A DNA stretch of 64,000 nucleotides from Trypanosoma brucei (Eukaryota), in NCBI GenBank assembly GCA_000002445.1, contig AE017150.2, forward strand, positions 1,056,001 to 1,120,000, given 5' to 3'. Within the stretch, counting starts at the first letter, position 1, and each line of letters begins with the position of its first letter. Below the pieces are notes generated by a model, which saw nothing but the letters and a program-made list of their open reading frames with translations, was not told the DNA's origin and did no database searches. This document shows, piece by piece, positions 17,497 to 28,457 of the stretch. A program made the position numbers and the translations under genes.

Positions 17497-20400
17497 ATGT
17501 CCTTATCAACACTCCTCTACAAAGCAGAAGTTAGGCAAGGTTTAGTTAGTCGCAACGCTGGCGTCTGGCTGAATATGTGTTGGTGCACTACGCAAGAAGT
17601 GGCCGAGGTGCTAAGCATCAGTAGACTCCGCGGTGATGTGTCTGAGTCCGCGCGGAAAACAGCGGACGAACGGTTCATGCAGTTGCACAACGGTTCTATG
17701 AACATAGGCGATATTTTGACTGAGGTTGCCGTGAATCGGGGTGTGTGTGGCGGTGCCCCTTCCGACAGTCTGCAGCTTGCGGCTGCGCTTGCACTTGAGC
17801 CGCTAGTAACCAAAGGCCGATGGTGCGAGGGTAATGGTTTCAACGACAAGGTGCGTGTGCTGGATATGTTGTTGGGTTTTTTGAGTGATGAGGCAGTCAT
17901 GAGCAGTGGTAATGCTACACACACAGGTCGGGTGCGCGTTTCTCTTTGTCTTTGCCTGTGCCAAATCATTACGTTTGAGAGTCCTACACCGTACTGGAAC
18001 GGGGTTTTGTCTGATTGCCTTGCGTCCATCGTTTCAGATTGGTCCGGCAGTCAATATGAGATGATAGACAATGATAGCGAACACATTTTCAAGTCATTTC
18101 GTCATATTGTTGTACTCCAGCTATCGGAGTTGTGTGCATCCAATACTGCGCTGTGGTGGTATATGGTGTCTACACTGTCGCGTTGTCTTGTGGAGGGATC
18201 GTCCTCTTTTCCGGTTGGGGATGTGCGGAGGCACTTCAGCTTTTCTGTAGTCTTGCGACTCATGCGGCGGCGGCCGCGGGTGAGTGATACACACGAGGGG
18301 ATGAGACCGGCAGATTCTTTTATTTTTGGCCCTGCATTTCGGCAGCTCATTGATGGCAGTCTTCAGCAGGCTGTGGCGCTCGCAGGGAGCGACAGGTGGA
18401 GCCATGTAGCTGTGCAACAAGAGTGCCGATTACTGCTAGATATTTCATCCCATTTGATAAGCAACGCCGAGTTTGCAGCTCAACTGTTTCGGTGTAGTGT
18501 CGATCTGCTTGTACTTGCAGAACCTACAGCATATGACACTATTGCTGCAAGTACTTTGGTCGCAGCAGTGGCAGCTCGAGTGGATAGCGCCCTTGAGTGT
18601 ATGTCTGGGGTGTTGCAAGCATTTCCTGAGGTGTCGTTGCGGTTCGACGCAGGGGAGGTAACATCTAAACTCCTCAACTGTATGGCGGGCGCTGCTGCAG
18701 CGGCACGGGGTGATGAATGTGATGATGACGATGATAAGGAAGCAGAGTTGCTTGGAATGCTGCGTGAGGACTACGTTGTGCCGTTGGGTTGCGCGGGGGG
18801 CGATACGACGTCAACTGCCGGTGCCGTGCTTGAGTTGTTGGTAGAGGCAAATCCCCAGCAACTTTCTACTATCGTGGACGCGCTTTGTAATTGTTGTTCT
18901 TCCGCGGAGGGTTTGTTGTCGTTGTTAAGGTCCGCTCACTGGCGGGCCTGGGCTGCGGCCTTGCGGTGCTGTTGTCGTGTGTGTGAGGAAGGGGAAACAT
19001 CACTCATTGACCGGATGCCGCACGTTGAGGATAAACTAATGTTGCCACTTGCGCAGCTTTTGCACGAGAGCACAGAATCTATGGTGTCGGTGGAGCTTAT
19101 TGACTTGCTTTCTCTGTGTCTCGTACGGACGACTCAGGGAGCACTTGGATGTTCATTTCTGGCGCTCCTCGATGGTGTTTTCCATCATTGCAACAGCGTG
19201 TTTGGTTTAGCGACCGGTGGAACAGGTATTGCAGCGCGCGGAGGCGGGTCAAGTCAGGTTGCACTGCTTTCCGTATCTGTCTACGCTGTGCACCGGCTTT
19301 TATCGCGATGTGGTGAGTCTGTTACCTCAACACTTGTTGCGGCATGCGACGTGCAATTGTGGTTAGAGCGCTCACTTTCTGTACTTGCAAGTGGTGGGTT
19401 GCTTGCCGTTTACTGCGGGGCGTACGCTGTCAAAACGCTTCTGTCATTCGCCCCGCGAACGGCTTCCCACTACCCCGCGTTGGCCGCAGCGGCTGTTGAT
19501 AGCGCATGCAGACACTGTGGTATACCGGACGCATCGTCCCTTTTTGCCGGCTTGCTCACTTGTTTGTGTGATCACAAGGAAGGCGAATGCGCTCTCGCAG
19601 GCGAATTGCTGTCGGTTGTGGCTCACCATTGCCAACTCGCGACTCCTCACCGGTCCGTGCTTTTGCGAAGTACCTCCGATTATGTGCTTCGCGCCTCGAA
19701 GCTTTGCCTTGAGGAAAAGAGTCGATTGCAGGATGGAGTGGAAAGTAACACATGCCAGCAATGCAAGGTGCTCCAGCTTGTGCGGTGCTTTCCCTTAATA
19801 ACTCATTTTACCGTTAGTGACGCTCCTCACGATGAGGCAACGACGAGGCTTCTCTCAAGTTGTTTCGCCGCCTCATCTTCTGTTTTGTTTGTGCTTGATG
19901 CCATCGATGACGACGTGTTGGCGGACATGGGCTCTTCTCTTATTGCACTGTTTCATGCCTCCACTGGTGCAAACCGTAGTTGTACGACGTTGTCTACCGT
20001 ATGTACCGCCATGAGTGTGGTAGGACTCGTTAACCCATCATTTTTCAATGATGGCGCTGTGTTATCTGCTGTGTTGACTCTTTTTAAAAAGGAGGTTGAG
20101 GTTGCCCCAAGAAAAGGGATGGATTACATTGGCTGTTGCTTGCCGGTAGCCCTTTCTTGCGTGCGCCACCCCCAGCAACTCAGTGTTATTGCAGGAGGTG
20201 ACTTAACACCTGCAGCTGCCCGTGGTGTGCCTGTCGCTTCAGCTTGGTTAGTAATGTTTGGAGTGTGGAGTTCTATTTCCCCCTTCGCAGATCACTTCAC
20301 GTCGTTGTATTTTCTTGCGGCATGGCACCGACTTCTACTTTATGCCGTATCGGTTCGGGCAAGCGATGCCAATAGGCTTGATATGCTTGCTACCAGTGCG

Positions 20401-20748
20401 CCTTGTTGCTGTGTTTACGCACTGCCAAGTTTGCACGTGAAGTCGCTTCCGGCCAGAAGACTGGCGGGTTGCAGTATTGCGCAATGCATTGCTGCTGGTT
20501 TGTCGTTGGTAGTAGTTAGGGGCCAGCGAGCGGCGAAATCACAAATGCTAGACGCGGAAATACGGAAGCCACTGTACATTGCAAGAAGGTACAAAGCCTT
20601 GTCTGGTCTCACAATGCACGAGTCGGGGGCTGATATATTTTTATCAATGAGTGTACCTGAGGGTGCGAGTTGGTTGCTCCAACAAATGTGTGACGCTGGA
20701 TATGAAGCGGAGGTCAATATGGCTATGCTTTTTGCTGCAGACTGTTGA
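17497..20748 (+). CDS. Large hypothetical protein (1083 aa), Leu/Ala/Cys-rich and probably alpha-helical repeat.
   Basis: Long uninterrupted ORF in the shared gene orientation. Confidence 0.5.
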   Translation: MSLSTLLYKAEVRQGLVSRNAGVWLNMCWCTTQEVAEVLSISRLRGDVSESARKTADERFMQLHNGSMNIGDILTEVAVNRGVCGGAPSDSLQLAAALALEPLVTKGRWCEGNGFNDKVRVLDMLLGFLSDEAVMSSGNATHTGRVRVSLCLCLCQIITFESPTPYWNGVLSDCLASIVSDWSGSQYEMIDNDSEHIFKSFRHIVVLQLSELCASNTALWWYMVSTLSRCLVEGSSSFPVGDVRRHFSFSVVLRLMRRRPRVSDTHEGMRPADSFIFGPAFRQLIDGSLQQAVALAGSDRWSHVAVQQECRLLLDISSHLISNAEFAAQLFRCSVDLLVLAEPTAYDTIAASTLVAAVAARVDSALECMSGVLQAFPEVSLRFDAGEVTSKLLNCMAGAAAAARGDECDDDDDKEAELLGMLREDYVVPLGCAGGDTTSTAGAVLELLVEANPQQLSTIVDALCNCCSSAEGLLSLLRSAHWRAWAAALRCCCRVCEEGETSLIDRMPHVEDKLMLPLAQLLHESTESMVSVELIDLLSLCLVRTTQGALGCSFLALLDGVFHHCNSVFGLATGGTGIAARGGGSSQVALLSVSVYAVHRLLSRCGESVTSTLVAACDVQLWLERSLSVLASGGLLAVYCGAYAVKTLLSFAPRTASHYPALAAAAVDSACRHCGIPDASSLFAGLLTCLCDHKEGECALAGELLSVVAHHCQLATPHRSVLLRSTSDYVLRASKLCLEEKSRLQDGVESNTCQQCKVLQLVRCFPLITHFTVSDAPHDEATTRLLSSCFAASSSVLFVLDAIDDDVLADMGSSLIALFHASTGANRSCTTLSTVCTAMSVVGLVNPSFFNDGAVLSAVLTLFKKEVEVAPRKGMDYIGCCLPVALSCVRHPQQLSVIAGGDLTPAAARGVPVASAWLVMFGVWSSISPFADHFTSLYFLAAWHRLLLYAVSVRASDANRLDMLATSAPCCCVYALPSLHVKSLPARRLAGCSIAQCIAAGLSLVVVRGQRAAKSQMLDAEIRKPLYIARRYKALSGLTMHESGADIFLSMSVPEGASWLLQQMCDAGYEAEVNMAMLFAADC

Positions 20749-21045
20749 TGCAATTAATCCTCTGCTGTTTGTAACGTTATTATCCACTTACTTATCTCAT
20801 ATTCCATCGCAAGAACGATGACTGTTCCCTCATAATGTTTTTTTATAAATCGCTGTTGTCGTCTTATTGTTAAACACTACGCATATATACATATCTATAT
20901 GTATGTGTATATGTATGTATGTTTTTTTTTTTTTTGCAAGCTCTCTTTGTCTGCAGGTATCGAAACTTTTTTCTTTTTTTCTTTTTTGTCGTCAATCTTT
21001 TTTTGTTTTATTCTTTTCAATGGCCCAAGCGAATCAGACAAAGCG

Positions 21046-21501
21046 ATGGTGCGCATGCATGGTAATGGTCATGGCAAGGCTGCATCGGCCTTGCCGTACC
21101 GCCGGACACCACCGACGTGGTTGAAATCCTCCAGCCGGGATGTTATCGATGCCGTTTGCAAGTTGGCAAAAAAGGGGCTTTCACCAAGTCGTATTGGCAT
21201 GCAACTTCGTGACTCGATGGGTATCGCGCAAGTGAAAAATGTGACGGGCCGCAAAATTTTACGCATTTTAAAGCACAAGGGCATGGCGCCTGAGATCCCT
21301 GAGGATTTGTACTGCTTAATTAAGCGGGCAACTCAAATGCGTAAGCACCTTGAGCGCAACACGAAAGATAAGGATACGAAGTTCCGTCTTATTTTGGTTG
21401 AGTCCCGCATTCACCGCCTTGCACGGTATTACAGACGCGTGAAGCAACTTCCACCCACGTGGAAATATGAGTCCAGCACGGCTTCAGCCATGGTTGCATA
21501 A
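21046..21501 (+). CDS. RPS13: 40S ribosomal protein S13 (uS15).
   Basis: Near full-length identity to eukaryotic RPS13 ([68 protein letters not shown]). The start is set at the ATG at 21046 (MVRMHG). The ORF-track N-terminal extension translates a pyrimidine tract. Confidence 0.9.
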   Translation: MVRMHGNGHGKAASALPYRRTPPTWLKSSSRDVIDAVCKLAKKGLSPSRIGMQLRDSMGIAQVKNVTGRKILRILKHKGMAPEIPEDLYCLIKRATQMRKHLERNTKDKDTKFRLILVESRIHRLARYYRRVKQLPPTWKYESSTASAMVA

Positions 21502-22177
21502 CTGTATGCCCAACGCTCTTGTTGTTTTTTTCAACACTCTTTTTATTGTTATAATTATAGTCATAATTGTTATTGTTGTTGTTTTTTCTGTTTTTGTTTA
21601 ATGAATGTAACGGCTGTTGCTGCCTTTTTTTTTTTTCGGGAGGGGTGGGGAGTTGGGGATGTTGTGCCCCCTCCACCTTTTCTCATTGGTCCAACCTGTT
21701 GTGATCTTTTTCTTTTTTGCAACCCAATAACCTCTCCATATTATTATTTTTTCATTTTCTTGCACGTGCCCCCACATCGACCCTCTTTTTTACATTTTGA
21801 AGTGTTACCGGGGGCCCTTGTGAGTTTTTTTTTTACTCGTTTCCCCCTCTTTCCACTTCAAGCAATATTTTGCTGTAGGGGGAAACAGGGGAAAGTGAGG
21901 GCACCAAATAAAAGGAACAACTCGGTACACCTCAGTCAGCGTTGAACAAGAACAAGAACAACAACAACAACAACAAGAACAAGAACATCAAAAACAAAAA
22001 AAAAAGAATTGTTAGGTCATACTCACAGAGGTGATTGGAAGGTCACTTAGTTTTACGATTATCATTGCTTACTCACACATTTGTATGGGTGATCACGAGT
22101 CCTAAAAAGAAACAAACAAGAAAAGAAAGAGAAGGTGTGACTCTTTGTGATCATACATAAATAGTTTTGAACCTATC

Positions 22178-23749
22178 ATGCGGCGCTTTACACTTATAAC
22201 GAGATATTTTCCTCTTTTTCATCCATCTGCAGGATGTTTCCAATCAACGGAGAAAAAGGAGCAGGGAAACGAGCGGCATCGCAAGTGGTCGTGTGATTCT
22301 CCACTTGACGAAACTTGTGCTGAAGAACTGGAGAAGGATGCATCACAGCGTGGTTTCATGCGGCGTGATTCGGCTAACTCAAAAGTGTATATGGAAGAAA
22401 CCCTACCGAAACCAGAGCGCATTAGTGGAGGTGTCGCTGTAATGAATTTACCTCCTATGGAAAAGGAACGGACAGAATTCGACGTGTATCAGCGGTCAAC
22501 GCGTGATTACACATCACAAGTTACGCCGTATGGCACGGTGGGTGTTGGTCTTGGCGCTGGTTTTGGTGCTCGTGAAGATAAACGACTTGGTTTCCTCCGA
22601 CCCCGTAAACTACAACCTTTCGGTGGGGAAAGTAGCATCGTGCCGAAGTATGATGAGAATGGCATGCCCATTGACGAGTCGCTCACGCGAGAACAGCTGA
22701 TTAAGAAGCGGCTTGCTTACATGAAGAGTTTTGAGGGCACGACGATGAGTCATCGGGAGCATTTTTTGTTAGTCGACTTAGATTTTGAGAAGGATGCGAT
22801 GATATTTGGTACGACGCGGGAGGAGTTTGAGAGGAACGTAACGAGGTTAAAACAAGTAATTAGCGAATACAGTAGGTGGGAGCGTACGGACAACTTTTAC
22901 CTTTACAGCACTATCGTACTTAAGATACTTACGGCTTGGGTGCTTTTGGAATGCATACAACAATACTACGAACTCCAGTTGTTTTCCATCCACTATGATG
23001 ATTTTGTCGAGGCGACGGAGGAGACACTTAACTCCCTAGCGTACGATCTTGAACGGGATATGAAGCGCGCACGGGAGGAGCTGATAGCCAATCCACCCGA
23101 TTTTCGACCCGTGGTGGAGGCCATCCGCCGGGAAAAGCGACGACTGCTTGATGAAGATGCGAAACGCGTAACGAAGGAAACACCAGTCGTCGACAGTAGT
23201 GGAAGTGAAGAAGCAAAGGAGAGGAATGCTACTGATGGAGTCTCCCTTGCATCACAGTTGGATGATATTATACCCGCATGTATTGGGGGTGATGGCTGTC
23301 CCAAACAACCTCTTGAGGGAACAGTGGTGCCGTTGGAAACCTCTGCATTAAACCGAGACTTCAGGGATGATGACGCTCTTCGGCCGCACCCAATGGATAC
23401 GACACAAGAAAAACTGTATTTGGATTCTCTCCGGAGACGTGAAGCACAGAAGGAAATGCGACGCCTCCAGGATCAAGCAGTTGATGCGGGCCCTTCGGTA
23501 GGTGTGTTCGGTTCCTTCTGGCAGTGGGTTCGTGGGGGCGGTAACGTCATAATAACGCCTCTGCTGCAGGAAGATTTTACTCGTCTCTCCTACGCTGCCA
23601 GTCCGACAAGTATTGAAACACTGCGTTCGATTCGCCGTATCCTTCTCCCACGGAGCGAAGATCACATTCAGGTTGTACGGGAGGAAATGCTGGAGTACAA
23701 ACGAGAGAAGGAGTTGAGATGCATCCATCACTCCTCGGATCAGGAATGA
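22178..23749 (+). CDS. Hypothetical protein (523 aa).
   Basis: Long + strand ORF with no recognisable domain. Confidence 0.45.
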   Translation: MRRFTLITRYFPLFHPSAGCFQSTEKKEQGNERHRKWSCDSPLDETCAEELEKDASQRGFMRRDSANSKVYMEETLPKPERISGGVAVMNLPPMEKERTEFDVYQRSTRDYTSQVTPYGTVGVGLGAGFGAREDKRLGFLRPRKLQPFGGESSIVPKYDENGMPIDESLTREQLIKKRLAYMKSFEGTTMSHREHFLLVDLDFEKDAMIFGTTREEFERNVTRLKQVISEYSRWERTDNFYLYSTIVLKILTAWVLLECIQQYYELQLFSIHYDDFVEATEETLNSLAYDLERDMKRAREELIANPPDFRPVVEAIRREKRRLLDEDAKRVTKETPVVDSSGSEEAKERNATDGVSLASQLDDIIPACIGGDGCPKQPLEGTVVPLETSALNRDFRDDDALRPHPMDTTQEKLYLDSLRRREAQKEMRRLQDQAVDAGPSVGVFGSFWQWVRGGGNVIITPLLQEDFTRLSYAASPTSIETLRSIRRILLPRSEDHIQVVREEMLEYKREKELRCIHHSSDQE

Positions 23750-24272
23750 GGGATGTGATTCATTCTGGAGGTGAATGCACATTACGCTGTTAGCGTATAT
23801 CTGTTTGTGTGATAAGGTGGCGAAGGCCCAAATAATATCGGTGGTGCTCCCTCCTCTCACACGCGTTTAAACTGATGAACGCGTGGACACTTATGAGGGT
23901 GAGATGTGGTTGGGGGAAGGTGGCATATTTGTGTATGATGAAAACGCACACTTACGTGTGCGTCTGTGTCTGTGTTTCTGTTTGTTTTTTAATTTTTTGA
24001 AGCTTTCCCACATGGGGGTTACCCTGTTTTAATAACTATAATTTTTCTTGTGCGTTCCCCCCCCCCCATCCCCATCCCCTTTGCCTCCCTCTTTCCTTAA
24101 GTTTCCTCTTCGCAACTACCGAAGCAGATAGGTCTTTGAAGTTAGAAAAGAGAAACAATAAGAGGTGTTTGCTTTGGTGAGAGAGTGGTCGTGCATGAGG
24201 GAGCCGAGTGGGGAGGCATTTAGGCAAATTTAGCACCTTAGTGTAGTAGAGCTTTTATCATTATCATTATTA

Positions 24273-25883
24273 TTGTTATTAAAGGTTGCAATGAATCGCG
24301 ACAAGGGTAAGTTCCCCCAATTACCCCCTGTTCTTGTGCAATGCAATGAACTTGAGTCATACTTGCGTACCCTTAATGATCAACTGGCTGAGCGTTTGGG
24401 ATGCCTGTGGAGAAATGTGGCGGAGATGCAGGGGGTAGTGAGGACTCTTGACATACATGTGAAGCTGATTCGTACTTTCTTGCGTGAGCATGCAGTTCTT
24501 ACTCTCAGTGATAAACTTTTTGAAGACGAACTTGTGTTCGATGGCGGTGACGCGGTTGATTCTTTTCTGCCAGAATTCTTACGAAAGAGGTTTAATGAGT
24601 CCGCCACCGAAACAGAACTGTCTCGGTCTTCCGTAACGGACGAGAGCGAACAAAGCAACGATATCAGAGAAAGATTCGGTCGCATCAACCGCATTTGCAA
24701 AGATCGCTTTATTCGCCAGAAGGAGAGGAACGAGGAGGAGCACCGTCTTCAAACGGAGAGGATGGATGCATGTAGGCGTGTTGAAGCAATGTGCCGCGCA
24801 CTTGAAGCATCCCAAACAACTCATATGGACAAGCTGGAGCGTGTCAGCTACTGGCTGTATCCAATTCCCGAATATGAGAATTTTTATTCTGAAAACGCGA
24901 GTGGTGAAGGTGGTGATGAATTACTTCGAGATGTTAGGGGGCAAACCAAGGGGGCAAGGGTGGTGCAGGAGCTACACGAAACAATACGGAATGCACCGAT
25001 TTTCCTTGAGTTCCGTAGGTTGTTGTTACGCGATGTCTCGGAGCGCTTGGCAGGAGCTCTTGACCAGCACTCCATGGATATTGCCAACTCCAACATTGCA
25101 AGTGTATGTGATTGTGAAGGCTTCCGCAAAGGGAAGAGAAAAAATGCTGGAGCGGTAGGTTCTGTGGATGACGGAAGTATCTCCAACCCTCCGGATTCCG
25201 CATCATTGGCGGAGCAACGACTAAGGGTGCGTAACAACGGTTATATTCACATTAGTGAGGTCGAGGCTTTACTGAATGCCAGAGTGGAGGCTACACCCGT
25301 GTTAAACAAGGGTAACGACACCAATGCGAAATTAATAGAAAGGCGTCTACTGGAACGCATCGAAAACCTCGAGGAAAGAATGGCAATGTATGAAGCGGAA
25401 CGTAAGGAATTCCGGAAGATTCTTTCCGCAGTCGTCGATGCGCATCGGAGCAGGCACGGAATCGGGATGTCTCTCCGTGAGGCTGTTCTTTCTTCACGTT
25501 CAACGAGGAAAGGAGAGCATCAGGATGGTCACAGTAACTTCACTCTGTATGAAATATCCGATCCCCGGCGGTTTGCAGCGAAAGGCACCCCACCGGGCTC
25601 AAAAACACAAGCTTCATCTTCTGGTCGAATAATTGGCTCGTCACCAAGTCCACGAGGAGACAAGAAAGCAATTGTAGAACCACTCAACCCGTTGGTGGTC
25701 TCGGGGGAAGCATCGTACCGTACGGTGGACACATCAACGGTTACGCGTGAGACATCAACGCAGGAGGACATCAACATGACAGCGAATCAAGCGGCGTACC
25801 TCTCTTATGTTATGGGTAAGAAAGGTTGCCGTGATGTCGAGAATCTCCCACCGTTACCTTACGACCGCAAAACGTTCAAATGA
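24273..25883 (+). CDS. Hypothetical protein (536 aa) with extended predicted coiled-coil segments.
   Basis: Long + strand ORF with heptad-like charged segments (LERRLLERIENLEERMAMYEAERKEFRK). Confidence 0.45.
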   Translation: MLLKVAMNRDKGKFPQLPPVLVQCNELESYLRTLNDQLAERLGCLWRNVAEMQGVVRTLDIHVKLIRTFLREHAVLTLSDKLFEDELVFDGGDAVDSFLPEFLRKRFNESATETELSRSSVTDESEQSNDIRERFGRINRICKDRFIRQKERNEEEHRLQTERMDACRRVEAMCRALEASQTTHMDKLERVSYWLYPIPEYENFYSENASGEGGDELLRDVRGQTKGARVVQELHETIRNAPIFLEFRRLLLRDVSERLAGALDQHSMDIANSNIASVCDCEGFRKGKRKNAGAVGSVDDGSISNPPDSASLAEQRLRVRNNGYIHISEVEALLNARVEATPVLNKGNDTNAKLIERRLLERIENLEERMAMYEAERKEFRKILSAVVDAHRSRHGIGMSLREAVLSSRSTRKGEHQDGHSNFTLYEISDPRRFAAKGTPPGSKTQASSSGRIIGSSPSPRGDKKAIVEPLNPLVVSGEASYRTVDTSTVTRETSTQEDINMTANQAAYLSYVMGKKGCRDVENLPPLPYDRKTFK

Positions 25884-26112
25884 GCATTGGCTTATGCCTT
25901 TGCATATGTATTCGCATATCGGAGACTCTCATTTCGATGGACAGGCCTTTTCTTTGTTCCTTTTCCCTGTTTTTTTCTTTCTTCCTCCCTTTTTACGAGA
26001 CATCGACCGCTGCGTGTAATGGTACTTCTTTTCCTGCATTCGCACGCGCACGTACGCAGGATTGATAGTGTACACGCTGGTGCGTGTAACTGTGTTGTGC
26101 GCATTCACGTGT

Positions 26113-26140
26113 AATATATATATATATATATATATATATA
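26113..26140 (+). repeat. (AT)14 microsatellite.
   Basis: Read directly. Confidence 0.9.
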
Positions 26141-26395
26141 TTACGGAGAGGACAAACGTGCATGTCCTCACTTCTTTTTGCATGTAAATTTATTATCCTT
26201 TTTTTTTCCATTCTGTTGCGTTTGTATGTTAGAGGTTATCTCTTGCTGCTTGGGTGTGCTCTACCGTGATATACCACCTAGTTCATGTGCTTCCCGATGG
26301 TGTTGTAACCCTCTTGACTTTCATTTTTCTTCTGAAGAGAATTTTAAAGGGTAATGTCGCTTTCATGTGGACCACGAACCCCCTATATGCCACGC

Positions 26396-27616
26396 ATGGA
26401 AAGATTTTTTTTACTGCTGTTGACAGGACAGGCGCTGTTATGCCATTTTCATCAACCGGCTGCAGCAGTTGTTGGGTTACAAGAAGCTAACATGACACTC
26501 GAAGCCAGGGACTGGTCACAAGACAGTGCTGTATTAGATACCTCCGTGAAGGTGGTAACGTCTACCGTATGTGGATTAATAAATAGCACCGAAGAAATTT
26601 CCATTCCCAATGGCTGGTGCGTAGCTTTCCTCACTCCTATGGCGCCTGGTAAGTTGACACTTAACATACATGCAGAGACATCAAATGTGCGAGATTTCGT
26701 CACGGTGAGTGATACGTTTCGCTATTGGGTGGGTGATGATTCCAAAGACCTAATGGACCGCATCACGGAAGCTGTCAACAGGGAATTGGGAGTGCAGTAT
26801 TCCACACTCAGTAAATTGAGCGGAGTTTACTCTTCTCCCTGTCGCAGTAGTAAGGTTAATGAGATGCTTCCTCTGTGCAACTCCACACGTAATTGTAAGA
26901 CTGTTCTGTCATTTGAAGGACTGAAGAGCAATGTGACGGAGTTTCTGTGTGCCCGTGTGCCTAAACCTTGTGAAAAACACGTACAAACAGAGGAGGTGTG
27001 GGGTGGAAATGTAGAGATTATCATTGAGGGAGTGAAGAATAGCATGGAGATCGCGATTGACCTTGTAGCTGAAGTAAGAGAAGGAAATTTCAGTGCCGAG
27101 CGGATCGAATTATTGCAGGATGAACGAGCCGCGCAACTTTTTGCATCGAACGAGTTAAAAATGTACGATTACCCTCTTATAGACGAAAAGAAATGCGCGA
27201 GCGGGAATGACTTGTGGTTGCTTCTCATCGCTGTGCCGCTTATCCTGTTGCTTTTTTCGTTTCGTTACATTTTCGGTATTGGACGACGGAGTGGCAAGCA
27301 TATAGAGCGGAACGCAATTATTGATGACGAGGTGCATGGACAACAAATGGGAACGGCGTGCCTTCCTGGACAGTTCCAAGAGTTTATGTACGTGGATCCA
27401 CAACAATTAAACGGTTGTGAGGGTAACGAATTCATTCAAGAGGCAGATCAAATATTAGAGAATCAGTATACACCACAGTTTACCCCTGCATGTGCTGAGG
27501 GGGATGGTGAAACCGCTTCATGCCCTGGTGAAGAACACACTGAAGACAATGCCATATATGAATACGGCACAGAGCAACAGTTTGGAGCTGGCGGTGACCG
27601 TGCAGATCATGTTTGA
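26396..27616 (+). CDS. Putative type-I membrane glycoprotein. It has a signal peptide, an ectodomain with five N-glycosylation sequons, one transmembrane helix and an acidic Tyr-containing cytoplasmic tail.
   Basis: The N-terminus MERFFLLLLTGQALLCHFHQPAAA is signal-peptide-like. Sequons NMT, NST (two), NVT and NFS are present. The hydrophobic segment LWLLLIAVPLILLLFSF is followed by RR. The start is chosen at Met 26396; the ORF-track start is 26354. Confidence 0.5.
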   Translation: MERFFLLLLTGQALLCHFHQPAAAVVGLQEANMTLEARDWSQDSAVLDTSVKVVTSTVCGLINSTEEISIPNGWCVAFLTPMAPGKLTLNIHAETSNVRDFVTVSDTFRYWVGDDSKDLMDRITEAVNRELGVQYSTLSKLSGVYSSPCRSSKVNEMLPLCNSTRNCKTVLSFEGLKSNVTEFLCARVPKPCEKHVQTEEVWGGNVEIIIEGVKNSMEIAIDLVAEVREGNFSAERIELLQDERAAQLFASNELKMYDYPLIDEKKCASGNDLWLLLIAVPLILLLFSFRYIFGIGRRSGKHIERNAIIDDEVHGQQMGTACLPGQFQEFMYVDPQQLNGCEGNEFIQEADQILENQYTPQFTPACAEGDGETASCPGEEHTEDNAIYEYGTEQQFGAGGDRADHV

Positions 27617-28229
27617 GCAGTCGGCAAGGAACCGAGTATTTAGCAGAGGGTGAGTGATGCATACATTTCTTTTTTTTGTTTTTGTTTTTGTAGTTGGTCG
27701 GAAGTTTGGACGTGCGGGATTCTGTGTTTTTTTTTCTTCTCATTATGTGGGAGAGCTGAGAAAGAATTTTTTTTTTCCCGCTTTTCTTTCGACGTACATA
27801 GAATGGATCTAGGGAGGAGAAACTATGCACCCATAGAAGTGGAGTGCATTTTTTTTTTTTTGACTCCTCCCTCTCTTTATTTGTCTCTTTATTTCCCCTC
27901 CTCCTTTCCTCTCAACTTCTTCGGCATATATGGAGGTGATTTGTGTGTGTGTGTGTGGGGGGGGATGGCATTCCGTTTACATGTGTGTATACGCCCATAC
28001 GTATGTATATATTTATTTTTGCCAGGTAAGAGAAGGCACGTACTAGTTGCGATGATGTTAGTGTTTTTTCTTTCCATCGCTTAATACCGGTATATTTGTT
28101 TTTGGTTATTTTTGTTGTTGCGTACGACTTATCATTTTATCAAACTGTTTGTCCCCCTTATTTAACCCGTTTTACGCCCCATCGCTTACCCTGCGGACTG
28201 CATCAGTTGATTGGAAATGCGGGTGCACT

Positions 28230-28362
28230 AACGGAGTTTGTTACCGTTGTGTTTCTCTTGCATTGAGGTTGAGTTTTATTTTTCTTCATTTCTCTCCTTC
28301 CTTCCTTCCTTCTTTATTTATTTTTTTGTTCCCACGTGCTTCGTGCGCTGCATCCGCTTGAA
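28230..28362 (+). promoter_or_regulatory. Pyrimidine-rich tract (CTTCC and CT repeats) ending in AG upstream of the HSP104 ATG. Candidate trans-splice acceptor and polyadenylation-guiding region.
   Basis: Composition, and its position about 100-230 nt upstream of the start codon. Confidence 0.35.
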
Positions 28363-28457
28363 GATATATCGCCATCATTATTTAAGCCAAACAGAAGTGA
28401 AAGTAGCAAAAGAGATCTATAAGGAAAGGTTGCAACAGTCATACCAGGTATTAAACA

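Noticed and set aside
20899-21045. An N-terminal extension of the RPS13 ORF ([17 protein letters not shown]...).
   Set aside because: It translates a polypyrimidine tract and TA repeats. Canonical RPS13 begins at the internal Met (MVRMHG), so the extension is not coding. The upstream parts of the ORF-track entries for GPI-PLC (32161), the RanBP2-zinc-finger protein (40003), the ABC transporter (46394) and Sm-D2 (2697) were rejected on the same logic.
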